Shown: piece by piece, positions 21,050 to 30,300 of the stretch
Layout of the letters: every line of letters starts with the position of its first letter
Position numbering within the stretch: the first letter of the stretch is position 1
Assembly (NCBI GenBank): GCA_041687695.1
Contig: JAWLBL010000001.1
Coordinates: forward strand, 387,461 to 451,460
Length of the DNA: 64,000 nt
Direction: 5' to 3'
Origin: Myxococcota bacterium
Lineage (GTDB): Bacteria > Myxococcota_A > UBA9042 > PHBI01 > JAWLBL01
Notes under the pieces: model-generated
What the model was told of the DNA's origin: nothing
Database searches by the model: none
The model's input: the letters and a program-made list of their open reading frames with translations, nothing else
Position numbers and translations under genes: made by a program

Positions 21050-22441
21050 ATGCTCGACTCCATCCTCGACGCCTTCCCCTCCTGGGGTGGGGCCTCCTCC
21101 AAGGCCGCGCCCCAGCCCTCCGACCCCCAGCCCACCGGCGGCCTGCTCGGCGGCCTGTCCTCGCTCGGCTACAAGGCCGCCAAGGCGGCGCTGACGCCGC
21201 TGTCGGGCCCCGCGAAGTCGGCGTTTCCCGGGCTCGAGGGCCTGGTCCGCGGCCTCATCGCCGCCGGGCGGCGCGACGAGAACGCGCTGACCGACGAGCT
21301 GCTCTACCGGCAGTACCCCGGGCTGCGCGGCATGAAGCTGAAGGCCGGCTCGCAGGAGGCGCGCGAGTGGCTGCGGCTGCGCGACGAGGTGGTCCGGCCG
21401 GCCCTCGCCGCGGCGGCGCGCGAAGCCGCGGCCAAGGGCGACGGGAAGAGCGGCGGCGCCTCCAAGGAGGCGGCCGGCGGCGGCGGAGCGGCCCCCCAGC
21501 CGTCCGCCCCGCTGGGTCCCGTGGCGCCCATGGGCGAGCACGAGGCCTACTACAACCAGAACGACAACTCGTACGACGACGGCGTCTCCGAGTGGGCGGG
21601 GGGCTCGGCCGGCAAGAACACCTGCAACATGACCGCGCTCACGATGGCGCTGGTGAGCATGGCCGGCTCCGAGGCGCGCGCCCGCGAGGCCGTTATCGCG
21701 CTACTGCACAAGACCGGCGTGCGGAGCGGCGCGGCCGCCAAGGTGGGCGGCAAGAAGATCGATCTGGCCAAGGCCCTCAAAGACCCCGCCAAGCTGGCCG
21801 ACGTGCAGCTCGAGGACCTGGTCATCGCGGCGGCCGTGTCGATCACCAACGACTACGACGCGGTCACCAAGACGGGGACCATCCTGAAGGTGGCCAAGGC
21901 GACCGGGCTGGTGACCGGCGGCAAGGCCTACGCGTCCACCGAGAAGCTGTACGACCCCGAGACGCTGCAGCGGGCGCGCGATCTCCTGGCGGCGGGGCAG
22001 CGGGTCGTGGTCGGGACCAAGAACCACTACGTGTATCTGGTCGGAGTGCGCGACGACGGCATCGTGGTGCACGACCCGGCCGGCGCGCGCGTCGCGGTGG
22101 ACAGCGACAAGTACATCTGGCCGGGGGCGCCGTCGGCCAAGGTGGGCGGCTGGTTGGGGCGGCTGAAGGACGCCGACCGCCGCGAGACGCTGGTGCGGCG
22201 CATGGCGACCAACCCGGCGGCCCGGCCGGCCATGGAGAAGGTTGCGCAGATCGCGGCGCTCAAGGGCGCCGAGCGCAGCCAGGCCCTGGCCGAGCTGAAG
22301 GAGCAGTTCACGGGCTCGGTCGACACGGGCGCGAGCAACTACTACTCGCTCGCGGATCTGAAGACCTACAACGCCCGCATCCGGGTGGTGCTCGAGGGCC
22401 AGCAGGCCGAGGACGCGGGCCAGACCCTCGCGTCCCCGTGA
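21050..22441 (+). CDS. Peptidase C39-like (papain-fold) domain protein
   Basis: YYNQND...NTCNMTALTMAL (Gln, Cys) ... NHYVYLVG..DDGIVVHDPAG (His, Asp); no signal peptide. Confidence 0.75.
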   Translation: MLDSILDAFPSWGGASSKAAPQPSDPQPTGGLLGGLSSLGYKAAKAALTPLSGPAKSAFPGLEGLVRGLIAAGRRDENALTDELLYRQYPGLRGMKLKAGSQEAREWLRLRDEVVRPALAAAAREAAAKGDGKSGGASKEAAGGGGAAPQPSAPLGPVAPMGEHEAYYNQNDNSYDDGVSEWAGGSAGKNTCNMTALTMALVSMAGSEARAREAVIALLHKTGVRSGAAAKVGGKKIDLAKALKDPAKLADVQLEDLVIAAAVSITNDYDAVTKTGTILKVAKATGLVTGGKAYASTEKLYDPETLQRARDLLAAGQRVVVGTKNHYVYLVGVRDDGIVVHDPAGARVAVDSDKYIWPGAPSAKVGGWLGRLKDADRRETLVRRMATNPAARPAMEKVAQIAALKGAERSQALAELKEQFTGSVDTGASNYYSLADLKTYNARIRVVLEGQQAEDAGQTLASP

Positions 22442-22451
22442 CCCTTGGACC

Positions 22452-22778
22452 CTACGCGACGCCCAGCAGCTCGACCTCGAAGACCAGGGTGGCGTTCGGC
22501 GGGATGACGCCGCCGGCGCCGCGCGCCCCGTAGCCCATCTCCGGCGGGATGGTCAGCTTGCGCTTGCCGCCGACCTTCATGCCGGCGACGCCCTCGTCCC
22601 AGCCGCGGATGACGCGCCCGGCGCCCAGCGGGAAGCGGAACGGCTGGCCGCGGTCGACCGACGAGTCGAACTTGGTGCCGTCGGTCAGCCAGCCCGTGTA
22701 GTGCACGTTGACCGTCTGCCCGGCCTTCGCCTCGTCGCCCTCGCCGACCTTCACATCCTCGATCTGCAGCTCCGCCAT
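22452..22778 (-). CDS. FKBP-type peptidyl-prolyl cis-trans isomerase
   Basis: [76 protein letters not shown]. Confidence 0.97.
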   Translation of the reverse strand: MAELQIEDVKVGEGDEAKAGQTVNVHYTGWLTDGTKFDSSVDRGQPFRFPLGAGRVIRGWDEGVAGMKVGGKRKLTIPPEMGYGARGAGGVIPPNATLVFEVELLGVA

Positions 22779-22815
22779 GGGGCTCTCCTCGTCCGTGGTA
22801 GGTGGAGCGCCCGCC

Positions 22816-23067
22816 CTACCCCTTCGGGCCATCCCCGTCAACCGCGCGCCCCCGAGCGGCGCCGTGCAGATGCCGCGTCAGCTCCATCAGCGCCCGCAGC
22901 TCCTCGAGCCGCCGCGCCGCCCCCACCTCCAGCGGCTCCTCGTCCTCGGGCGGCGGCGTCATCAGGGCGCGCGCCTCGTCCTCGGTCATCGGCACGTACA
23001 GCCGCCGCAGCTCCTCGAGCCGCGCCGCCACCGCCTCGGGCGACATGTCCACCTCGCGCCGCTTCAC
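22816..23067 (-). CDS. Small hypothetical protein (83 aa) with internal ARLEELR duplication
   Basis: GTG overlaps TGA of upstream GyrI-like gene; [18 protein letters not shown]...[14 protein letters not shown]. Confidence 0.6.
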   Translation of the reverse strand: MKRREVDMSPEAVAARLEELRRLYVPMTEDEARALMTPPPEDEEPLEVGAARRLEELRALMELTRHLHGAARGRAVDGDGPKG

Positions 23068-23519
23068 CCGCGCACCGGGACGTACAGCTCGGTCACCGGC
23101 GTGCCGCCGTCCTGCCCGCCGTCGACGTACCGTTCGAAGCACGGCCGCGCGAGCTCGGTCGCCGCGCCCTCGGCCTTCAGCGCGCCTACGAACTCGCCCC
23201 AGGCGCCGGGCAGCCCGTCGAACGGCCCGCGGTAGGTCCACACGGCGTACGGCCCGCCCTCGACGCGCAGCTCCTCGAACGGCGCCCCGACGACGAAGGC
23301 CTCGTCCACGACGAGGCCCGCGGCGTACCACGCCATCCCGGCCGGCCCGAGGCCCAGGCTGCTCGTCTGGAACACCGCCACCGGCCGCGGCACCAGGCCT
23401 TGGCGCTGAAGCTCGCCCATCGCGGGCATGAAGGCCTGCCAGACCGCGCCGAAGTCCTCCACCGGCCGCTGCACCATCGCCGCCAGCCGCATCCCCTCCA
23501 CCGAGCGCAACGTGAACAT
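23064..23519 (-). CDS. GyrI-like small-molecule-binding domain protein
   Basis: VEGGPYAVWTYRGPFDGLPGAWGEF, RPCFERY, VTELYVPV; GGGAG SD. Confidence 0.85.
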   Translation of the reverse strand: MFTLRSVEGMRLAAMVQRPVEDFGAVWQAFMPAMGELQRQGLVPRPVAVFQTSSLGLGPAGMAWYAAGLVVDEAFVVGAPFEELRVEGGPYAVWTYRGPFDGLPGAWGEFVGALKAEGAATELARPCFERYVDGGQDGGTPVTELYVPVRG

Positions 23520-23618
23520 GGCTCCCCTCCCTCACCCGGTCGCATCGTCGAACGCGGACCATCCCATACACCGAGCCGGCCCCCACCACCACGCCGCGGA
23601 CGCGCCCTCATTGGACAA

Positions 23619-23873
23619 CCGACCTCCAGAGGTCCAACGACCAGCTCCCGAAGTGGTCGACCGACCTCCAGAGGTCCAACGACCACTTCACGAAGTGGTC
23701 GACCAACCTCCAGAGGTCCAACGACCACTTCACGAAGTGGTCGACCGACCTCCGGAGGTCCAACGACCAACTCCCGAAGTGGTCGACCGACCTCCAGAGG
23801 TCCAACGACCAGCTCCCGAAGTGGTCGACCGACCTCCAGTGGTCCAACGACCAACTCCCGAAGTTGGTCGCCC
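23619..23873. repeat. 6 x 42-bp tandem array, each unit with two short inverted repeats
   Basis: Unit CCGACCTCCAGAGGTCCAACGACCAGCTCCCGAAGTGGTCGA at 23619, 23661, 23703, 23745, 23787, 23829; degenerate remnants to ~23980. Confidence 0.95.
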
Positions 23874-24039
23874 GACTAGTTCCTTTACGACCCTCCACCT
23901 CGACGAACGGGTCGACCGAGGTCTCGACCTCCAACCACCAACCCGCGAAGTGGTCGCCCGAGGTCCCGACCTCCAACGCCCCATGCTGGCGCCCGCTGCG
24001 CCATTGCTCGCCGGCTCCAGCGCGCCCAAGCTGACACTC

Positions 24040-24276
24040 ATGAACCCGAACGACGAGCTGGTCCTGCGCGCCGACCCCGCGGACGCCGAGCCCTCCGAGG
24101 TGCCCGGCCTCACCCGCGGTGAGTTCGACGAGCTCGCGGACAACCTCCGTTGGTTCTCCCGCGTCCCGCTGCGCGCCAAGCTCCGCGCCATCGCCCAGCA
24201 CCAGGCCGAGGCCCGCCGCCTGCAAGCCATGACCCGCCGCGAGCCGGGGCTCAAGACGGGACGCGGCCCAGGCTGA
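24040..24276 (+). CDS. Small hypothetical protein (78 aa)
   Basis: MNPNDELVLRAD...DELADNLRWFSRVPLRAKLRAI; GC3-rich codon usage begins at ATG 24040. Confidence 0.55.
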   Translation: MNPNDELVLRADPADAEPSEVPGLTRGEFDELADNLRWFSRVPLRAKLRAIAQHQAEARRLQAMTRREPGLKTGRGPG

Positions 24277-24383
24277 TCAGGGCGAGTCGCGTCGTCGGCT
24301 CCAAGACAGCGCGAGTCTGGCAAGCGGAATCGCAGGGGTTTGCGGCCCGCCGGTTGGTCGAGGCCGTTGCAGAAAACCCGCCC

Positions 24384-24497
24384 GGAGTGCTCCACCTTGG
24401 TGGAGCCCCCTATCGGCGCAGCTTGCTGCGCCGGATGGGCGGCCAGATCCCGGCGGCAAGCCGCCGGGGAAGAGGCGCGAGCAAGCTCGCGCACTCC
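24384..24497. repeat. Third, inverted copy of the GGAG-tagged REPIN-like element
   Basis: GGAGTGCTCCACCTTGGTGGAGC (24384-24406), internal hairpins CGGCGCAGCTTGCTGCGCCG and CCCGGCGGCAAGCCGCCGGG, closing GCGCGAGCAAGCTCGCGCACTCC (24475-24497); reverse complement of the 19.7/19.9 kb core. Confidence 0.85.
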
Positions 24498-24555
24498 CGG
24501 TTGCCTCGGTGCCTATGCGGCAGCCTGAGGGAGCCGGTGGCTCCAGCTGGGAGCA

Positions 24556-24804
24556 TCACGAAGGCTTACCCTCGAATGCATCGAGCAGGTCGGGCGGCAG
24601 GGGGGCGTCGAAGTCGTCGGCGATGCGGACCCGGCCCTCCCAGCCGCCGGGGCGGCGGCGCGGCCTGCGGGTCTCGAGCGGCACCAGCTTCGCTAGCGGG
24701 ATCCCGTCCTTCGCGATGACGACCTCTTCGCCGGCCGCCACGCGTTCGAGGAGGTCGGACAGCGTGCCACCGTTCTCCGTGACTTCGAATTGAGCTTCGG
24801 GCAA
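24556..24804 (-). CDS. Phd/YefM-family antitoxin (no adjacent toxin)
   Basis: LSDLLERVAAGEEVVIAKDG.PLAKLVP...RRPGGWEGRVRIADDFDAPLP; AAGGAGG SD then TTG 24804. Confidence 0.85.
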   Translation of the reverse strand: MPEAQFEVTENGGTLSDLLERVAAGEEVVIAKDGIPLAKLVPLETRRPRRRPGGWEGRVRIADDFDAPLPPDLLDAFEGKPS

Positions 24805-24882
24805 GGGCCCCTCCTTCAAACGTCTTAGGACCAAGGTGGGTCGCCTGGGTTTGGGGCGTCAAGTGCGGCGCCCGGCGCCGGG

Positions 24883-25302
24883 TCAGCGCAGGCCGACGTT
24901 CTTTTCGGCGTCGAGCAGGCGGACGTACTTCTTGGGGGCGACGGCGCGGAAGGACTCCTCGATGAGGGTCTTCACCTCGGCGACGTCGGGCAGGGCGTCG
25001 CGGCTGAAGGTCAGCGAGACCCAGCCGGACTTGCCCAGGTTGTAGCCGGTCGGCTCGGCGTTGGGGCGGGTCAGGACGTCGGGGCCGGACTCGGGCAGCT
25101 TGACCGACAGGCCGAAGGAGCCGTCCTCGCGCAGCTCGCCCTTGCCGAGGAAGGCGAAGACCTTCTTGCCGACCTTGGCGACGCGCTCGCCCCAGGGGAA
25201 GTCCTCCCAGGCGCCGGGCAGCTTCAGGGCGTGGCCGTGGATGGCGTCGAGGGCCTCGAGCGCCGCGCGGGTCTTGGGATCCATCTCGGTCGGCTGGCTC
25301 AT
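24883..25302 (-). CDS. MmcQ/YjbR family DNA-binding protein
   Basis: LPGAWEDFPWGERVAKVGKKVFAFL...SVK...PTGYNLGKSGWVS...LIEESFRAVAPKK. Confidence 0.9.
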   Translation of the reverse strand: MSQPTEMDPKTRAALEALDAIHGHALKLPGAWEDFPWGERVAKVGKKVFAFLGKGELREDGSFGLSVKLPESGPDVLTRPNAEPTGYNLGKSGWVSLTFSRDALPDVAEVKTLIEESFRAVAPKKYVRLLDAEKNVGLR

Positions 25303-25488
25303 CGGGTGCCCTCCACATGGGGCGTGATGGTGCGCGGCCGAGCATCTGCCAAGCCGGCGAGTCGGGCAATGCCCGCTGCGTCGTGGGATTGTTCACCTGG
25401 CCGAACGCTGTGTTGCGCGGTGCCCGCTTGGCGGGGGGCGGCGCCGATGCCAGAGTTGGGACGTGACGCAAGGCATGGAGGCGCGCCG

Positions 25489-26466
25489 ATGAAGCCGACG
25501 AGCGACGACAAGGTGACCCGCCGCGAGGTGCTGCTGACCGGCGTGGCCGGGGCGGCGACGCTGGCGACCCTGGGCTGCGCCGAGCGAGGGGCGAGCGCCT
25601 CGCCGCCGGGCCCCGAGGAGGCCTCCGTGACCAACGAGACCCGGCCTGAGCCGGTTCCGGCCGCCCCGACCCGCATGCCGGTCGCCTTCCTGCCCCACGG
25701 CGGCGGGCCGTGGCCCTTCGTCGACCTGGGCTTCCCCAAGGCCGAGCTGGACGAGCTGGCGACCTGGCTGAAGAACGTCGCGACGCTGCCGCGCACGCGT
25801 CCCAAGGCGCTGCTGGTCGTCTCGGCGCACTGGGAGGAGGCGGTCCCGACCCTGATGACCGCGGCCAAGCCGCCCATGCTGTACGACTACTACGGCTTCC
25901 CCGAGGCGTCCTATCGGGTGACCTGGCCGGCCCCCGGAGCGCCCGAGCTGGCGCCGCGCGTCCGCGAGCTGCTGGGCGCCGCCGGCTTCCAGACGGCCGA
26001 GAACGCCGAGCGCGGCTTCGACCACGGCACCTTCGTGCCGCTCAAGCTCACCTACCCCGACGCCGACGTGCCGACGCTGCAGCTGTCGCTCAAGGCCGGC
26101 CTCGACCCGGCCGAGCACCTGGCGATGGGCCGCGCGCTGGCCCCGCTGCGCGACGAGGGCGTCTTCATCGTCGGCAGCGGCATGACCTACCACAACATGC
26201 GGGGCTTCCGAGACCCGCGCTCCAAGCAGCCGGCCGCGGCCTTCGACGCCTGGCTGCGCGAGACCGCCACCGCCGAGGCCGCCGAGCGCGACCGACGTCT
26301 GGCCGCCTGGACCCAGGCCCCGGCGGCGCGCCTGGTCCACCCGCGCGAGGAGCACCTGTTGCCGCTGATGGTCGTCGCGGGCGCCGCCGGCGCCGACCGG
26401 GGCGAGGCGACCTACGGCGGCACCATCATGGGGCTCGTGCACTCGGGCTTCCACTTCGGCGGCTGA
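25489..26466 (+). CDS. DODA-type (LigB-family) extradiol ring-cleavage dioxygenase with Tat-like leader
   Basis: FLPHGGGP, VSAHWEE, YDYYGFP, RGFDHGTFVPL, GSGMTYHN, HPREEHLLPL; N-terminal TRREVL + hydrophobic + LGC; GGAGG SD. Confidence 0.9.
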   Translation: MKPTSDDKVTRREVLLTGVAGAATLATLGCAERGASASPPGPEEASVTNETRPEPVPAAPTRMPVAFLPHGGGPWPFVDLGFPKAELDELATWLKNVATLPRTRPKALLVVSAHWEEAVPTLMTAAKPPMLYDYYGFPEASYRVTWPAPGAPELAPRVRELLGAAGFQTAENAERGFDHGTFVPLKLTYPDADVPTLQLSLKAGLDPAEHLAMGRALAPLRDEGVFIVGSGMTYHNMRGFRDPRSKQPAAAFDAWLRETATAEAAERDRRLAAWTQAPAARLVHPREEHLLPLMVVAGAAGADRGEATYGGTIMGLVHSGFHFGG

Positions 26467-26481
26467 GGAAAAGGAAAGGGG

Positions 26482-27087
26482 TCACAGGCGGTTGATGCGC
26501 CAGGCGCCGTCTTCCTTGAAGAAGACGAGGCGGGTGGTCTGGCCGTCGCCGAAGGCGACCTCGGCGTCGACGCTGCCGGCGGCGGCCTCGCGGGGGTCGC
26601 GGACGGTGACGCCGGTCTTGGCCTGGGCGGCCAGCGGGTCGGTGCGCCGGTAGAGGCGCTCGCCGTGGCGCTCGACGGCCTGGGCCAGGTTGCCGGCGAG
26701 GCGCTGGGTGGTGAAGCGCTGCATGCCCGCCAGGTCGCGCGTCTCGGCGGCGGCGGCGAAGCCCTGGACCACCTTGGCCATCTCTTCCAGGTCGGCGTCC
26801 GAGACGGTCACCGAGGCGCCGGTGCCGGGCTCGGTCGGGATCGCGCCCTGGGCTCGGGTCCGCTCGCGCGCGGCCCGGGAGGGCGCCGGAGCCTCGGCGG
26901 GCGTGGGTGCCGGCGCCGGCGGGTCGGCGGCGGGCGCTGGCGCGGGGGTGGGCGCCGCGTCGGGGGTCGCGGCCGCCGGGGGGACGGGCGGGGTCGGCGC
27001 GGGGGCCGGCTCCTTGGAGCCGCAGGCCGAGCAGGCCAGCGCCAGGGCGAGGGCGACGAGGGAGCGGGAGAGCGAGGATGGGGCCAT
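26482..27087 (-). CDS. Lipoprotein with Pro/Ala linker and NTF2-like C-terminal domain
   Basis: LALACSAC signal/lipobox; PA-rich linker; C-terminal LVFFKEDGAWRI. Confidence 0.7.
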   Translation of the reverse strand: MAPSSLSRSLVALALALACSACGSKEPAPAPTPPVPPAAATPDAAPTPAPAPAADPPAPAPTPAEAPAPSRAARERTRAQGAIPTEPGTGASVTVSDADLEEMAKVVQGFAAAAETRDLAGMQRFTTQRLAGNLAQAVERHGERLYRRTDPLAAQAKTGVTVRDPREAAAGSVDAEVAFGDGQTTRLVFFKEDGAWRINRL

Positions 27088-27389
27088 GGGCGCGCGTCCA
27101 GCGGTGGAGGTTGGGGGCGGGGCCGACCGGTCGAGTAGCAGGCGGGTCGGGCGCGCGCAAGGTGGCCCGAGGCGGCTCCGGGCTGTGACCACCTGTAACC
27201 GGGCAATGGATGCGGCGACGTCCAAGTACGCAGCCACGATCTGGGATCGACGCGGCGGCCGTCGGATCGGAGGGTCGGTCGGCCTTTGAAACCGGCTGTT
27301 AGGACGGTCGGGCTTTTCAGCGACGCGGGTGGCCCGCTAGGGTGGGGTGTATTCGAGCGGGTGACGGGGACGTCCGGAGGCGAGGGGAC

Positions 27390-30300
27390 ATGCGAGTAGT
27401 CACGACGCGGTCGGGCGGGGCCGGCGGCCTCGGTGGGGGGCGCACCGTCGAGAAGCTTGGGCGCTGGGGCGCGGCGCGCCTCGCGCTGGTGCTCACGGCG
27501 GTGATGGCCCTGTCGAGCGCCTGCGGCGACTCGACGACGCCGTTCCAGATCGACGAGGCGTGCAAGGACGAGGGGCGCTGCGCCTGCACGAAGAACACGG
27601 ACTGTCCCTTCGGGCAGCTGTGCGTGGACGGCGTGTGCGGCGTCGTCAAGGCGCCCGAGGACGCGACCGGGGCCGACGCCAAGGTCGACGCGGCGGTGCC
27701 CGACGCGACCGGGCCGGACGCCGAGGGCGACACCGGCGAGCCGCTGGTCGAGGGCGGCTTCCTGTGGCCGTGCACGCTGGGCGCCGACTGCGACTCGGGC
27801 CACTGCGTCAGCTATGGAGCGGGCGGCGTCTGCACCAAGAGCTGCGTGGTCGAGTGCCCGGGCGGCTGGGAGTGCAAGGGCGTGTCGACCGGGCCGGGGA
27901 CGGTGGCCTTCCTGTGCCTGCCGCACCAGGACCGGCTGTGCGCGCCGTGCGAGTCCGACGACGTCTGCGGCGGGGCGGGCAACCGCTGCGTCGAGGTGGG
28001 CGGCGAGGCGCGCTGCGGGCTGAGCTGCGAGGACCGCCCCTGCCCCGGGGGTTACGCCTGCGAGACGGTGAGCAGCCTGGGCGGCGAGGCGAGCAAGCAG
28101 TGTGTCCCGACGCAGGGATCGTGCGAGTGCTCGGCCGACAACGTCGGGGCGGTGTTCCCGTGCTCGGTGACGAACGACATCGGGACCTGCTTCGGCCAGC
28201 GGGCCTGCCAGCCGGACGGCACGCCGGGCCAGTGCAGCGCGGCCACGCCGGCGGTCGAGAGCTGCAACGGCGAGGACGACGACTGCAACGGCTTCATCGA
28301 CGACCAGATCCCGCCCAGCGCCTGTGAAAAGACCAACGACTTCGGCACCTGCGCCGGCCAGCGCATCTGCCTGCCGGGCGGCGTCGAGGTCTGCGGCGCG
28401 GCCGAGCCGGCGGCCGAGACCTGCGACGGGCAGGACAACGACTGCGACGGGCTGACCGACGAGGACTTCAAGGACGCCGAGGGCGTGTTCTCGACCGACG
28501 CGCACTGCGGCGGCTGCGGCGAGGCCTGTGGCAACGTGTTCGCCAACGCGCTGTCGGCCAGCTGCCAGGTGATGGCGGGCGAGGACGGGGCGCCTGGTGC
28601 GCCCGCCTGTGCCATAGACCAGTGCGAGCCGGGCTTTCTGAAGGCCTCGCCGACCCTGTGCGTGCCGGCGCTGCACCACCTGTGCGACCCGTGCACGGTC
28701 GACGCGGACTGCGTGGGGCCGGGCGACCGCTGCCTGCAGCTCGACCCGACCGACGACCGCAAGTTCTGCGGGCGCGACTGCGCCGAGGACAACGCCTACG
28801 GCGAGCCGTGCCCCGACGGCTACGGCTGCCAGGAGGTCACGCTGTCCGGCGGGGCGAGCAGCATGCAGTGCGTGCCCGTCAACGGCTCGTGCGACTGCAG
28901 CGAGGGCAACGCCGGCCAGAAGAAGCCGTGCCTGCTGAAGAACGAGTTCGGCGCCTGCTACGGCGTCGCCACCTGCGACCCGGCGGTCGGCTGGACCGGC
29001 TGCAGCGCCGACGCGCCCCTCGAGGAGGTCTGCAACGGCGTCGACGACAACTGCAACGGGCTGGTGGACGAGGGCCAGGGCGGCGCGCCCTGCTCGCAGG
29101 AGAACGAGCACGGAGCGTGCGCGGGGACCTTCGTGTGCACCGGGGCCGGCGGGCTGGTGTGCACGGCCCAGGCGGCGGCGGCCGAGGTCTGCAACGGCAA
29201 GGACGACGACTGCGACGGCCTGACCGACGAGGGCTTCGCCACCAACCTGACGGACGAGACGGGCGCCGTGGTCGGGCTGCGCTACGACCTGTCGAACGAC
29301 CACTGCGGCGGCTGCGGCCTGCCCTGCGCGGCCAAGGCGCCGGTGACCGAGGTGCAGTGCGACGGGTCGGGCGCGGCCGTGACCTGCGCCGTGCTGGCCT
29401 GCGCGCCCGGTTACTACCCGGTGCAGGGCAAGGCCTGCCTGCCGGTGCCGACCGGCAACTCGTGCCTGCCGTGTGCGTCGGACGCGGCGTGCGTCGGGCC
29501 GAACGACGCGTGCCTGGACTACCCGGACGGCGGGTTCTGCGGGCGCGACTGCACCGAGGGCAGCATCTACTCGGTCGGCGAGCCCGGCGACGACGGGTAC
29601 TGCACCGGGGCCGAGGGCGAGCAGGGGTGCTGCCCGGACGGCTACCTGTGCGGCGAGGGCGGGCACTGCCGGCGCGAGAGCGGGGCCTGCGACTGCGACG
29701 TCGACGGCAAGCTGCGCCCCTGCGCCGTCTCGAACGCCCAGGGGACCTGCCAGGGCGTGTCGATCTGCGTGACCAGCGGCCCCAACGCCGGCTGGCAGGC
29801 CTGCACCGCGGCGACGCCCGAGGCCGAGGTCTGCGACGGCGTCGACAACGACTGCGACGGGCTGGTCGACGCGGCGGACCCGTCGGTGGACACGAGCGGG
29901 GCGCCCGGCTTCCCGGAGTGCCAGAACGTGTCGGACGCGTGCTCCGGGACGTGGACCTGCCAGGACGGGGCCGAGGGCTGGGGCTGGGTGTGCTCGGCGC
30001 GCGAGCCGGCGACCGAGAGCTGCAACGGCTTCGACGACGACTGCGACGGGCTGACCGACGAGGACTTCGCCGACGCCTCGGGCGTGCTGAGCCACATCGA
30101 CAACTGCGGCCAGTGCGGGCTGGACTGCCGGCTGGCGGTCGCCGGGCTGGCGACGGGCGGCGACGGGCAGCCGCTGCCGGGCGCCGTGGCCTGCGAGCTG
30201 GTCGGCGGCGCGCCCAAGTGCGTGCCCAAGCAGTGCGGCGCCGGCTACGCCCCCTACCCCGCCGAGGCGCCCATCCTGTGCCTGCCCCTGACGGCGGCCA

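Noticed and set aside
18883..21194. ORFs with duplicated peptide blocks over the 19.6-20.1 kb repeats
   Set aside because: Translations of the palindromic DNA repeat; no transposase motifs.
23619..23873. Possible CRISPR array
   Set aside because: Units are contiguous near-identical 42-mers with no unique spacers, and no cas genes are present.
23428..24039. Repeat array as coding N-terminal extension (PPEVQRPAPEVVDR)n
   Set aside because: Open in several frames on both strands, atypical codon usage, and overlaps the divergent GyrI-like gene; not fully excluded.
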